64,000 nucleotides of DNA, from IMG/VR virus record IMGVR_UViG_2718218502_000001, positions 2,841-66,840 of that record; one strand, 5' to 3'. The translations under genes and the position numbers were made by a program. The notes below the pieces were generated by a model. That model saw only the letters and a list, made by a program, of their open reading frames with translations. It had not been told where the DNA came from and ran no database searches. Of this stretch, positions 36,147 to 46,003 are shown in pieces. Source of the DNA: a virus. Each line of letters opens with the position of its first letter. Within the stretch, counting starts at the first letter, position 1.

Positions 36147-37037
36147 CTACACCTCCTCGCTTATTAAGTAGTTCAGCCGTGACGAACATTGTGGATGTGG
36201 GCTTATTAATTGATTCATAAGGCTTTCCGGAATATTTTTCGGATACTTTCCAGCCCCTAAACCGTATGCATCACGTCTCGCTAGCTTGTAACACATATGC
36301 TTTGAGTGGTATCTGTGGCGGTGGCCATTATCAATAATTTGATAACCTGTCACAATTTCACTTTCTAATCCATTCTGTATAGTAGCTGCTCGGTACGTGT
36401 TAGTACTCTCAGAAATTGCTACACGCTCAACCTTCCATTTCTCATTGTCGTGTACTTCCTTTATCTTTTGAGAAATCATTGTAATGCTCTCGCCCCTTAA
36501 TACAGATGGACGAATGACACTACTTAATCGATCTCTCATATCTCCAGACAAATTCCATACACGATCAGACAGAACTAAGCCATCTTCACCAGGTCTTTTT
36601 ATAACCCCTTGAATAATTTGCTTATTTACTGTAGTTATAGATTTCACGTCCAAACCTGCTTCTGATAATTTTGATGTGGTCCATTTCGACGTGTTTTCAA
36701 TCAATGTATGGAATGACCGCTCTGCTTGTTTACGAAATTCTTTTTCGTATAAAGTAAGGTCTCGTAATAACGCATTTAACCTACTGCGCTTCACGATTCC
36801 ATCCTTTTGATAGTCATTCAATAAATCAACTAAAAACAAACGTATTAGGATAATGGCCTTTACAGTATCAGAAACTTGTTTTTCATGCTCCTCTTTAAAT
36901 TCTCCGGAAATGGCATCAAGTACTTCATCCATATCTTTTTGAGAATCGCTCATGTAATCATCTCCCATCTGCTCGCTTAGCAAATGTTTGGTGAGTACCT
37001 TTTCCACGTCTATATTTTCTATATTTTTTAAGCGCAT
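36147..37037 (-). CDS. Minor head protein (SPP1 gp7/Mu F-like)
   Basis: LSDRVW, ERVAISES, PHPQCSSRL; probable start MSDSQK. Confidence 0.8.
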   Translation of the reverse strand: MRLKNIENIDVEKVLTKHLLSEQMGDDYMSDSQKDMDEVLDAISGEFKEEHEKQVSDTVKAIILIRLFLVDLLNDYQKDGIVKRSRLNALLRDLTLYEKEFRKQAERSFHTLIENTSKWTTSKLSEAGLDVKSITTVNKQIIQGVIKRPGEDGLVLSDRVWNLSGDMRDRLSSVIRPSVLRGESITMISQKIKEVHDNEKWKVERVAISESTNTYRAATIQNGLESEIVTGYQIIDNGHRHRYHSKHMCYKLARRDAYGLGAGKYPKNIPESLMNQLISPHPQCSSRLNYLISEEV

Positions 37038-37299
37038 CTACTGATAATTTCTTATAGTTAGCAAAGACCATCGATTTATCAACCGATTCTTCACCATCTG
37101 TATAAGAAAAATAGCGCGCTGCGTCTGCCGCAATCGATTCATAAGCAAATGACAGAGCAAGATAAAAAACAGCATTTGCGTTTAATTCTTCGGTTAATTC
37201 TGACTCAGTTTCGGCTTCAGCTAGCCAATTTCCGATGTCCTCCGGAGTTACTTTTGGAACTTTTGCTAACCGACTCTCCAGCCTTTCCGACACCTTCAT
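36958..37299 (-). CDS. Head-tail connector (probable)
   Basis: YTDGEESVD pattern; synteny. Confidence 0.65.
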   Translation of the reverse strand: MKVSERLESRLAKVPKVTPEDIGNWLAEAETESELTEELNANAVFYLALSFAYESIAADAARYFSYTDGEESVDKSMVFANYKKLSVDALKKYRKYRRGKGTHQTFAKRADGR

Positions 37300-37327
37300 T
37301 TGGCGTCACCTCCGTCACTGTATTTTG

Positions 37328-37570
37328 TTAAGGCATCATGATTCCTGCAGCTTTTAATTTTGCAATAAGTGCATTTAAGTCTTTCACTACACCCGCTACG
37401 TCAGTCGCTGTACTATCTGGTTGTTTATCAACCTTTTTGGGTATTAGAGCTACTTTTTCTTCAAGACCTTTAATAATATTGCCAAGTGATGTGTCTTTCG
37501 CAATCGGCATCGATCTGTTTAAACGTTGTGCTTGATTTTCAGAAATAGACATGCATAAAACTCCTTTCAA
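37328..37570 (-). CDS. Head fiber/decoration-like protein
   Basis: PDSTATDVAGVVKDLNALIAKLKAAG motif; follows the capsid gene. Confidence 0.7.
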   Translation of the reverse strand: MKGVLCMSISENQAQRLNRSMPIAKDTSLGNIIKGLEEKVALIPKKVDKQPDSTATDVAGVVKDLNALIAKLKAAGIMMP

Positions 37571-37575
37571 AATAC

Positions 37576-37603
37576 AAAAAAGGTAGCATATACGCTACCT
37601 TTT
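37576..37603 (-). terminator. Intrinsic terminator after the capsid gene
   Basis: AAAAGGTAGC/GCTACCTTTT inverted repeat. Confidence 0.7.
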
Positions 37604-38726
37604 AAGCCATTGTTTTAGAGATATTTTCAAGAACAGCGATAGACTCTTTCGCATTCTTAACTTCAAATCCAAATTCCCCACGAATGACACGAGAGAAGTA
37701 GTCAGCACCATTTGGTGTAGCATCTTGATCATAAATTGGAGTTAAGTAACGTGCCTTTACTTTTTCTGTATCAAGAAGTAACGCACGATCTTTAGGCATA
37801 TTTAAATCAACTACAACACTAGAAATCGCTCCACCAGGTAAGTCGGAAACAAATGATAAGATTTGGTAACCTGCTGCGGTATCTTGGCGTGTAGTACGAA
37901 TTGTATCCCCACCAAGCTTTGTAATTTGTCGCGCGATATTTGGTCCACATAAAATTGTGTTTGCTGAACCGCCTCGCGTAAACACTTGCTCTACAGCGTC
38001 ATTCAGTGGTTTAGCCGCGATTTCGTTCCCTTTAAAATCTTGCTTATGAGAACCTTCAATACCTGTAAATGCAAATAAACCACCTGTAGTACGCGGTTGT
38101 GTCGGAGAACCGCTATTTCTACGGCCATAAATTAAAGACGTGTTCGCTTCACGAATCATCTCTTGTAAACGCAGATTTACTTGATAATCTAATTCGTTTG
38201 ATACGCCGTATGTGTTCACTTGTTGTTGTGTACGTGAAACAGATGCGTATCTTGAAAAGATTTGTGAGAAGTTATATGACACTAAACGGTCATTGATCTC
38301 ATTCTTACGGAAAGCATCTTCACCCTCTGGTCGAGGTCTTGCAATGACTTTTAACTCACCGCCCGCTGTAATTGCCTCCGCTGTCGTACTATCGTAACCA
38401 CGTTGCACAGTGATTTTATCCGCATTTTCGTCGACACTTACTACTCGTAGCACTTCTAAGCCGTTTTGTACTAGAGCATTTTCAGTGAATTTACGAGCTT
38501 CACCTTTTTCTAAAACTAGGTCCGTAGCCCCAACAGCTGCAGCAGTTTTTACAATACCTGTATCAGAATTTAAATAATCATTCTGCCATTCAAATTTAGT
38601 TTGTGTTAAAGCGTCTCCTACACCAATCAATCCAAAAAGGACAGGTGCTTTCGTGAGAATTAAATCCACATTTGCTTGCATTTGTCTTACTTGTTGTTGA
38701 AATTCGTACGTAGTTGGTACTGGCAT
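37602..38726 (-). CDS. Major capsid protein
   Basis: 374 aa after the scaffold; TKFEWQND, IRGEFG typical of the SU10/DUF5309 type. Confidence 0.88.
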   Translation of the reverse strand: MPVPTTYEFQQQVRQMQANVDLILTKAPVLFGLIGVGDALTQTKFEWQNDYLNSDTGIVKTAAAVGATDLVLEKGEARKFTENALVQNGLEVLRVVSVDENADKITVQRGYDSTTAEAITAGGELKVIARPRPEGEDAFRKNEINDRLVSYNFSQIFSRYASVSRTQQQVNTYGVSNELDYQVNLRLQEMIREANTSLIYGRRNSGSPTQPRTTGGLFAFTGIEGSHKQDFKGNEIAAKPLNDAVEQVFTRGGSANTILCGPNIARQITKLGGDTIRTTRQDTAAGYQILSFVSDLPGGAISSVVVDLNMPKDRALLLDTEKVKARYLTPIYDQDATPNGADYFSRVIRGEFGFEVKNAKESIAVLENISKTMA

Positions 38727-38786
38727 ATTTGTAGCCCCCTCAAATTTTTTAAATTAAAAAACCGCTGACTTTTTGTCAACGATCGA

Positions 38787-39572
38787 TTATTTCTTCGCTT
38801 TTGCTTCTAGTAACTTGTTATAAATACGTGTTACTTCGCCCGCAAACTTTGAATCTTTTAACGCTTTTTCTTTTGCTTCTTCCAGCTCTTTTTCTAAAGC
38901 AAGAATTTCATTCGCTCTCGGATTTGTTCCTGGATTCGCGCCACCAGCTGCATCTGCCCCCACAACTTTCTTGAACATCCAAGGTTTACTTTCCTTTAGC
39001 GCATTAACAGCCTCTTCAACTCCTTGATAATTACCATTCTCATCAAGTTGAATAGTCGACTTATCTAAAAGCGCCAATACGTCACCTGGATCATTCGCAT
39101 CTAAAGTGCGTGCAATACTCCTAATTTCTGTATTAAGAATACGAGTATTCGCTTTTTCTTGTGCTTTTTGTGCTGCTTCAGAAGCTTCTAATGCTTTTTT
39201 ATCCGCTTCTTCTTTCTCAGCTTGCAAACGTTCGACTTCGGTCATTTCTTGTTTTTTACGCTCTTCTTCAGCTTTTTCGTATTCTGCTAATTTCGCTTTC
39301 ACATTATCGTAGTCACCGTATTTCTCAGCGGATTTACTACGTTCACGTTCTAAGCGCTTCTTAACAATTTCATCTAATTCTTCTTGCGTAAAAGTTTTTG
39401 ACGGGTCGTCAGCACCTCCAGGCTTTTTGTCTGGATCATCTCCAGAACCGCCACCATCAGAGAAAAACTGTAGGTCTAATCGAAGTGGGAACTTAGGTGT
39501 TTTTTGTACTTGTTCTACAAAGAATTTTAATGCTGTAGCTTGTTTTGCGTATTCCATTTGCAAATCCTCCAT
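38787..39572 (-). CDS. Capsid scaffolding protein
   Basis: LDLQFFS, KTFTQEELD, charged coiled coil. Confidence 0.85.
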   Translation of the reverse strand: MEDLQMEYAKQATALKFFVEQVQKTPKFPLRLDLQFFSDGGGSGDDPDKKPGGADDPSKTFTQEELDEIVKKRLERERSKSAEKYGDYDNVKAKLAEYEKAEEERKKQEMTEVERLQAEKEEADKKALEASEAAQKAQEKANTRILNTEIRSIARTLDANDPGDVLALLDKSTIQLDENGNYQGVEEAVNALKESKPWMFKKVVGADAAGGANPGTNPRANEILALEKELEEAKEKALKDSKFAGEVTRIYNKLLEAKAKK

Positions 39573-39630
39573 TTTGAGCCTGTCGGCTATAATTTCCGAA
39601 AGTTTATAGCGCCATTTCGTAAGGCAAGTA

Positions 39631-41148
39631 TTACTTTTCGTTATACGGATCCTGAGACTGTCGTTTCAACATCCGCTCTTGCATAATCTCCATAAACTTT
39701 TGTTCCGCATTTTCTTTACCACTTCTCGTAATAGCACCTTTAATTGATTCGATTTCGTTAGAAATTTCATCCCCCAACTGTTCGATAAGTGCTTTTTGAT
39801 CTTGCGGTAACGGTAAACCGAAAATAATCTTACTAGCATAATAGTTATCTACTTTTGCTAACATTTCTTTATCGTATTTGAATTTTGAGTCATCCTGCCT
39901 TGCTTTCATATAACGCAAAATATACTCATTTAAGGTTTGGAGGCGTGATTGCCATATAACCCATGAGCGTTGTGTTTTTGAAATGATATTACTGAATAAA
40001 AGCTGCACGGCCATGTCATTTATACCACCTGTATTCATATCAGCCGTATTCACCATTGGTACTTCTGCTTTTTCATGTAGGCGTTTTTGCAATCGGTCCA
40101 GATACGCTTCAATGGTTTCTTTAAATCGGAATCCACTTTCCAACTTTTTAGCGCTTGGTTCACCTGTATCTTCCGCGCCGTCACCTAAATCCCATTTCGC
40201 ACCTGGTGCAACTTGTAGTGGATTCTTTGGATCCTCGTCTACATTCGTTAGCAACGTAATAGCGAACATTTCAAAACGTAGCGCATCCGAGTAATCAGAC
40301 ATCTTTTTGTCGATTTCATCAGAAAGCTTAATCGTTTTTTCAAGTTCACTATAACCTGTAGTTCGCTTACTGAGCTTTTCAGTTGGCACAGGTACAACGG
40401 GAATAAAATCAATACCCATTGATGAACGCTCAACTCTATCCTCTTGCTTTTCTAAATCGCCATTGTAGACTGCTTCTTCAATTTCACAGTCGTACTCACC
40501 CGCTTCTTCATGCCAAACTAAGTAATATGATAACTTCCACATTTTCGTTTGTTCTTCATCAAGCCATGCAATAAAATGAATCTCTTCCAGCTGATCTATA
40601 TCCCAGTCGCTATACTTTGCGATAACTTCTGTGGATGGATGCCAAATAACCTTAAATTCACCGCGACGTTTATCATAATGAATCCGAGCATACACACCTG
40701 TTTTTGAAATAGCCCTATCTTTTGCTGCTGCTAATAACTTCTCATGCATTCGGTTGTCATCCCAAACCCATGTTAATAACCGTTCCTTTGCTTTCGCTCT
40801 ACTGTTTTCTGCTTGTTGCTCCTCACTAGGTTCATATCCTGATTGAATCATAAGTGCCGGGTCATCTATCACATCAGGAGGAACTGTGACTTTCGGTTCT
40901 TTTTCAAATTGCCACGCTGCAATCATGTTTACGATTTTTTGAGGATAATTAAGTTGTATTTTCGTAGGTTCGTAGTCGAGATTGTCTGGTTTTTTATAAT
41001 CAGACCATACGTTTAAGTCCCCTTCATAACGCTCATACAAGCGAACCTCAGACATAATGCGTGTCCACTCAGAATCGCCGAGTGCGGTACGAACTGGCAT
41101 TACAATTTCCACTGGATTCATAAAATTACGATCACCTTGTACTCTCAT
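39631..41148 (-). CDS. Portal protein (SPP1-like)
   Basis: 505 aa after TerL; LLAAAKDRAISKTG pattern. Confidence 0.88.
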   Translation of the reverse strand: MRVQGDRNFMNPVEIVMPVRTALGDSEWTRIMSEVRLYERYEGDLNVWSDYKKPDNLDYEPTKIQLNYPQKIVNMIAAWQFEKEPKVTVPPDVIDDPALMIQSGYEPSEEQQAENSRAKAKERLLTWVWDDNRMHEKLLAAAKDRAISKTGVYARIHYDKRRGEFKVIWHPSTEVIAKYSDWDIDQLEEIHFIAWLDEEQTKMWKLSYYLVWHEEAGEYDCEIEEAVYNGDLEKQEDRVERSSMGIDFIPVVPVPTEKLSKRTTGYSELEKTIKLSDEIDKKMSDYSDALRFEMFAITLLTNVDEDPKNPLQVAPGAKWDLGDGAEDTGEPSAKKLESGFRFKETIEAYLDRLQKRLHEKAEVPMVNTADMNTGGINDMAVQLLFSNIISKTQRSWVIWQSRLQTLNEYILRYMKARQDDSKFKYDKEMLAKVDNYYASKIIFGLPLPQDQKALIEQLGDEISNEIESIKGAITRSGKENAEQKFMEIMQERMLKRQSQDPYNEK

Positions 41149-41164
41149 TCAAGCCCCTCCTTTC

Positions 41165-42880
41165 TCAATATCTTGAATTTCCTGTAGTTCCCGCTTTACG
41201 TCTTGCACGTTTATATGCAATAGAAAAAGCCATTTGAACTGCATCCGGACCATCATCATGCGGATGCATCGGATACATTTCAAATTGCTCCAATAAAGCA
41301 CGTAAATGTTTCATAAAACGTAATTTACCACTCTGTATATCAGGTAATAATGACTCAATACGTAGTGCTTTTCGTGTACGTTGCTTAATTTGTTTTAAGC
41401 GCGTCGATGAAGGATATCCTTTTTTCTGTAATGCTTCAGCAACCTTCTCCGCGAACCACTCCTGCGCTTGTTGCGCCTCTACTGCAATCGATTCATATTG
41501 ATATGCCAGCGTGTATTCTACAGCCTTTTCTAACAATGTATTTGGATGCACACGCTCCATAAAAATATCGATAATGTAGCACGTGCCTGTTTCCACGTTT
41601 TTCGCAAGTGTAACTACTACGCTGTAGTCACCTTTTTCTTTTCCCATTGCGAAATCAACCGCACCGTAATACAAAAGTTTTTTATCTTTTAAATCATCTT
41701 CAGTACAGTACGTGAAATATTTAGGTTTAAATATCTGTCTTTCCTCATCAGTCGGGTTACATAAATACTCCTGGTTAAACGCTTTGGTACCGTCATCTTC
41801 TCTAATTTCCATCAAATCGATGTAAGGGAAATGTGATGGCCATAACGTTTTTGTACCACGGAGCATTTCTTCTTTGTTCTGCTCATAAAATTGCCGAGCA
41901 CGATCTGCTGAGTCTGGATCATCTACCTGACGAATCTCCCGCCACTCTTGCCATAAATCTTCACGCTCTGACCATTTCAGAATTGCTGGGAATGACCTTG
42001 AGACAAAATCACGACGGTTTTTAATCACGTGATGCAATAAACTGTCGTAACAAACGATGGTACCCATGTAAATACAGGCACCTTCTTGACGACTCAAACC
42101 TGGTAACAACTCTTCCTTGAACCAGCGTTTGTTTTTGGCAATCAAGTCAACCGTCGCTGTATTTTCTTTACTCTCCAAATCATCCAAAATATAGAGCTGA
42201 ACCCTTTTAGAACCGTGGCGTAACCCACGTACCTGGGTCCCTATACCTTTTGCTTCGACTTTCGTGTTTGTTAAAGTCACAAACTCTTTATCGTTATCTA
42301 CTTCATTTCGACTCTTTTGCTCATGCAATAGAATACCAAAATCCTCACGTAGTTTTTCGTTGTACTTTAACTGATCACGTGCCCAAGATATAAAGTCACC
42401 AGCTACATCAGATGTTTCAGAAATCAAAACAATATACTGCTTTAATCGATACACGACTTGATGACACAAATAGCCATTACTCAGATAAGCGGTTTTTGCA
42501 TGACCACGTCCTACACTCCATGCTACTTTTTTCTTTTTCTCCCTACCTGTTGTGATGTCATCTAATAGCCCACATAACGTTTGGTGAAACTCTGCAGCAT
42601 CATCCATCGTTACTCCGGCGGGGATTAAGTTATCCGGATTCCCTGGATTCCCTTCTTCAGAGAAATACTCATACATGAAGTAAAGCATGTCATGTTCTCC
42701 ACGGTGCACCCTTTTTAACTTTTCTAACTCATCGATGTCAGCAAGTAGTGTATCCATGTAATATTCTGTAGCCTCACCAGTTTCGTACAGCTCCTGTAAT
42801 TTCTTCGCTCTTTCTGCTACAAGATTGATACGCTCCTGACGTTCATGACGGGCTAACCATTTACCGTCTATATATGCCAT
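41165..42880 (-). CDS. Terminase large subunit
   Basis: GRGHAKT Walker A, LDDLE, AFNQEY, AVDFA, HDDGPDA nuclease motifs. Confidence 0.93.
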   Translation of the reverse strand: MAYIDGKWLARHERQERINLVAERAKKLQELYETGEATEYYMDTLLADIDELEKLKRVHRGEHDMLYFMYEYFSEEGNPGNPDNLIPAGVTMDDAAEFHQTLCGLLDDITTGREKKKKVAWSVGRGHAKTAYLSNGYLCHQVVYRLKQYIVLISETSDVAGDFISWARDQLKYNEKLREDFGILLHEQKSRNEVDNDKEFVTLTNTKVEAKGIGTQVRGLRHGSKRVQLYILDDLESKENTATVDLIAKNKRWFKEELLPGLSRQEGACIYMGTIVCYDSLLHHVIKNRRDFVSRSFPAILKWSEREDLWQEWREIRQVDDPDSADRARQFYEQNKEEMLRGTKTLWPSHFPYIDLMEIREDDGTKAFNQEYLCNPTDEERQIFKPKYFTYCTEDDLKDKKLLYYGAVDFAMGKEKGDYSVVVTLAKNVETGTCYIIDIFMERVHPNTLLEKAVEYTLAYQYESIAVEAQQAQEWFAEKVAEALQKKGYPSSTRLKQIKQRTRKALRIESLLPDIQSGKLRFMKHLRALLEQFEMYPMHPHDDGPDAVQMAFSIAYKRARRKAGTTGNSRY

Positions 42881-42896
42881 GTAGCCCGCCCTCCTT

Positions 42897-43328
42897 TTAC
42901 TCGCCCGTCAATTTTTTTAATTTCTGAAGCTGTTCTTCGATCTCCGCATTTGTACGGGTCGCATTTCCTAGATCACCCTCGATTACTTTCTTATCAGTCA
43001 GTAAACCAAATCGCTGCATATACAATTGCATAGCTTTTACACTCGGTTGCGGTCCTAAAATTAACTGCATTAACTTGCTGTACACCTGCTCACGCTTCTC
43101 TGCGAGAAAACTATCGGCCACTTCACTCTTGAATGCGATGAAGTCCTGGTTCTTAGTTCGCCACTCCCAAAGCGTTGTCCGATTTATACCCAGCTCGTTC
43201 GCCATTTCGTCCTGCGTCCTTTTTTCCTCGTTATTCGATTCCATCAACTCGTTTTCTACAAGCAAGTACGCCGCTTGTATTTGTTTAGCCGTAAGTTTCT
43301 GTTTTAACTCGTCTAACTTCGCCATCAT
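42897..43328 (-). CDS. Terminase small subunit-like HTH protein (phBC6A51 type)
   Basis: TQDEMANELGINRTTLWEWR HTH; RBS AAGGGGAG before ATG 43328; directly upstream of TerL. Confidence 0.82.
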   Translation of the reverse strand: MMAKLDELKQKLTAKQIQAAYLLVENELMESNNEEKRTQDEMANELGINRTTLWEWRTKNQDFIAFKSEVADSFLAEKREQVYSKLMQLILGPQPSVKAMQLYMQRFGLLTDKKVIEGDLGNATRTNAEIEEQLQKLKKLTGE

Positions 43329-43354
43329 TTCGCTCCCCTTTCTTCGTGAAATAG

Positions 43355-43386
43355 AAAAAGGCAACCGATTTAGTATCGATTGCCTT
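43355..43386 (-). terminator. Terminator-like hairpin immediately upstream of terS
   Basis: AAGGCAATCGAT/ATCGGTTGCCTT plus T run on the - strand. Confidence 0.6.
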
Positions 43387-43476
43387 GAAATTCGTATATT
43401 TAAACTTTTAAATCACTATATTTCCATGGTAAAATTTACTTGTATTTTCATATAAATTTAGAGGTGGTCTATAATC

Positions 43477-44118
43477 ATGAATAGCTTTATTTTCTCAATA
43501 GGTAGACTTATAAATGGTACATATCATGCCGCAGGTACCTGTACTTTAATCAATAGGAAAAACACATTAGTAACAGCAGCACACGTAGTTAATGGCACTG
43601 ATGTAAATCTAGTAATCAAGCTCAATGACAACTTTGACAATGGTTACCAAGATACAACTCTCACCCAATCAAATTTTTATGCTGTTAAAATCGAGCATAT
43701 AGACCCAATAAGAGATGTTTGTATCCTTTCTTTGCAAAGTAAAAATGCCTTCTACTCGCACCTTAAGATTGGAAATTCTGATGAAATAAATCCAGGTGAT
43801 GAAGTTACTATCTTCAGTTTTCCACACTCTGACTTGGGTAGAATCGTCTTGACCCAACAAACTTGTGAAGTTGGCGCCAAAATTCTACTTAGTTCTAAAA
43901 AAATTAAATCCAAACACCTAGTCTTGAACATTCAAGCACGTCCAGGACAATCTGGAGGACCTGTTATTAGAAAATCAGATAATACAATTATTGCTATACT
44001 AATTGGTGCTTACGTTCCCACAATTGGCGGCGGTATTGACCTTGGAGGAATTGACCCTCAAACATTGCACCAAACAACACATGCTGTTTCTACAGAATAC
44101 ATAGAAAGGATGTTATAA
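43477..44118 (+). CDS. Cytoplasmic trypsin-like serine protease
   Basis: TAAHVV (His), RDVCIL (Asp), GQSGGP (Ser); no signal peptide; extended -10 TGGTAAAAT at 43427. Confidence 0.9.
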   Translation: MNSFIFSIGRLINGTYHAAGTCTLINRKNTLVTAAHVVNGTDVNLVIKLNDNFDNGYQDTTLTQSNFYAVKIEHIDPIRDVCILSLQSKNAFYSHLKIGNSDEINPGDEVTIFSFPHSDLGRIVLTQQTCEVGAKILLSSKKIKSKHLVLNIQARPGQSGGPVIRKSDNTIIAILIGAYVPTIGGGIDLGGIDPQTLHQTTHAVSTEYIERML

Positions 44119-44562
44119 ATGACTAATACAAACTCATTTTTCGAAAAACAAAAAGATTCAGAATGGCTTGATGCGTTACCAGATTACCAAAAAAGTATAG
44201 TATCTGAATTACTTGTCTCAAATTCTTATGAAGAAGCTGCATCAGCATGGCTTGAAGCCTCTGTTGATTATACATCTCCTTTCAGTGCGCAACCAAAATC
44301 AGAAAAGAAATTTTTTGATTTACTAAAAAAAGAGGTACAAAAATTACTTTGTGGAAGTCCTGATTATGCCGCTGAGCGAAATGAGTTTACTCAATTAACT
44401 CAATTACCTCAAAATAAAACAGCTATTGTTTCTATGGTATCAGCTTTAATTGGTGCAAAGGTTGGACTAGCAGCTTCTTTTATAGCACCAGCTATTGTTC
44501 TTATTTTCATGACGATCGGAAAAGCTTCGCTTAATGCATGGTGCGAAATGCAAACCAACTAA
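44119..44562 (+). CDS. Hypothetical protein with C-terminal hydrophobic helical hairpin, coupled to the protease
   Basis: Starts at the base after the protease stop (TAAATG); AIVSMVSALIGAKVGLAASFIAPAIVLIFMTIG. Confidence 0.82.
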   Translation: MTNTNSFFEKQKDSEWLDALPDYQKSIVSELLVSNSYEEAASAWLEASVDYTSPFSAQPKSEKKFFDLLKKEVQKLLCGSPDYAAERNEFTQLTQLPQNKTAIVSMVSALIGAKVGLAASFIAPAIVLIFMTIGKASLNAWCEMQTN

Positions 44563-44582
44563 TCTATTGAATAGTATTATTA

Positions 44583-44626
44583 TAAATAAACACACCCACC
44601 AGTTACATAGTAGGTGTGTTTATTTA
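44583..44626. terminator. Bidirectional terminator ending the protease operon
   Basis: Inverted repeat AAATAAACACACC/GGTGTGTTTATTT. Confidence 0.75.
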
Positions 44627-45276
44627 CAAAAACTCGTTCTGTTTAACCCCTCGAGTTTAAAAATTCTGGCCGAACGTTACGAGCGCCTGCCAGCTCCTCA
44701 CCAGATTTGACCTCCCCCGGGGGATTAAAACAAAACCAAATGTTTAATAATCTAAAATGCCTATTTTGAATAACGATGAATATCGTATTAAAAATGACTG
44801 CCTATAACATTGGTTATGTAAACTACACAGAAGCGAAATCCATTGATATCAATGATTCTTTCTTTTTTCAATACGTAACCAATATACAATTATTATACAT
44901 CGTTGTTATATCAACGTTTGTAAGCCATACACACAGCTTCAATCACTTGAATTAATGCATAAGCTTCACCTTATTAACTAACTTAACATTGAATCATGAC
45001 CCCCTGAGTTTCAAAGGGCCGTCTTCTCCAGGAGAGAGCGACTGGTGAAATTACCCTAAGGTTTCTCTTTCACGTTGCCTACAGTTCATAGTATGTTATA
45101 CAGCTTCTCCTATTTCCTACCTACTATATATCCCACAATCAGTCCAATCCAACGGACATAAAAATAGCCATGATACCCTAATGACGGGCCTCATGGCTAT
45201 GCGTATTATTTAGTACTGGAGTAGGACACAATTTCACCATCCTAACATAAATTGTACCTACTATGAACCCACCTTG

Positions 45277-45657
45277 TCAAGCCTCGTACAACTTTTTTAT
45301 TAAACTTCCCATACCTGCCATATCACCGTTAATGGTCATGTGTAATATGTCCACGGCTTGTTTACAGCGTGCGTAATACAATTTTGCAGTGATATTCATA
45401 GTCCGTAATGTATTCCTTCTAGGAATCTTGTACACATACCGAGCAAGCACTATATATTTCATGTTCTTCGGTAATTGTTTAATCGCCTGATCCAGCACAA
45501 TCTTATTCAACCGTCCATCACCTTTCCCATCCAGTGCACCAGGTCCAGTAAAGCTAGGCGGTGCATCAGGGAACCGATCACCTACAGCAAGTGATTCATA
45601 GTTCTCCAGCCATAGTCGTATTGTCTTCCTTGAAACATAGCCATCAATTCTGGGCAT
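45277..45657 (-). CDS. Sigma-70 region 4-like / late transcription regulator
   Basis: AIKQLPKNMKYIVLARY...YYARCKQAVDIL pattern; position before the packaging genes. Confidence 0.7.
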   Translation of the reverse strand: MPRIDGYVSRKTIRLWLENYESLAVGDRFPDAPPSFTGPGALDGKGDGRLNKIVLDQAIKQLPKNMKYIVLARYVYKIPRRNTLRTMNITAKLYYARCKQAVDILHMTINGDMAGMGSLIKKLYEA

Positions 45658-45724
45658 CTCCGAACCTCCTGACTCAGAAAATCAAACCCCTAAAACAAAC
45701 ACCTTAAACCATTAATAGTATTAC

Positions 45725-45836
45725 ATACTATATAACTATTAATAAATAATACTATATATATAATATATAATTACTAGTTTTATATTTATATTATATATAT
45801 ATAAGGTATATTTTTTTAAGGGGGGGTTCTTTTTTA
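45725..45836 (-). repeat. AT-rich element, copy 2 (inverted relative to 15018-15127)
   Basis: Reverse complement aligns with copy 1, including the GAACCCCC, ATACCTTA and AAACTA anchors. Confidence 0.75.
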
Positions 45837-46003
45837 TTTTCTTTTTCTTTTTTAAGTACTGTAGTATATTAGACCCCCACTTAAAGATTTTTCTTTTATA
45901 TATTTTTTCGTTTTATGAACTGTGATTTATCGGCATTTCTCCCAAAGAGTATAACTATATAGCGTTTGAAATTAATTTTTACTTTTAAATCACATGTGGC
46001 ATC

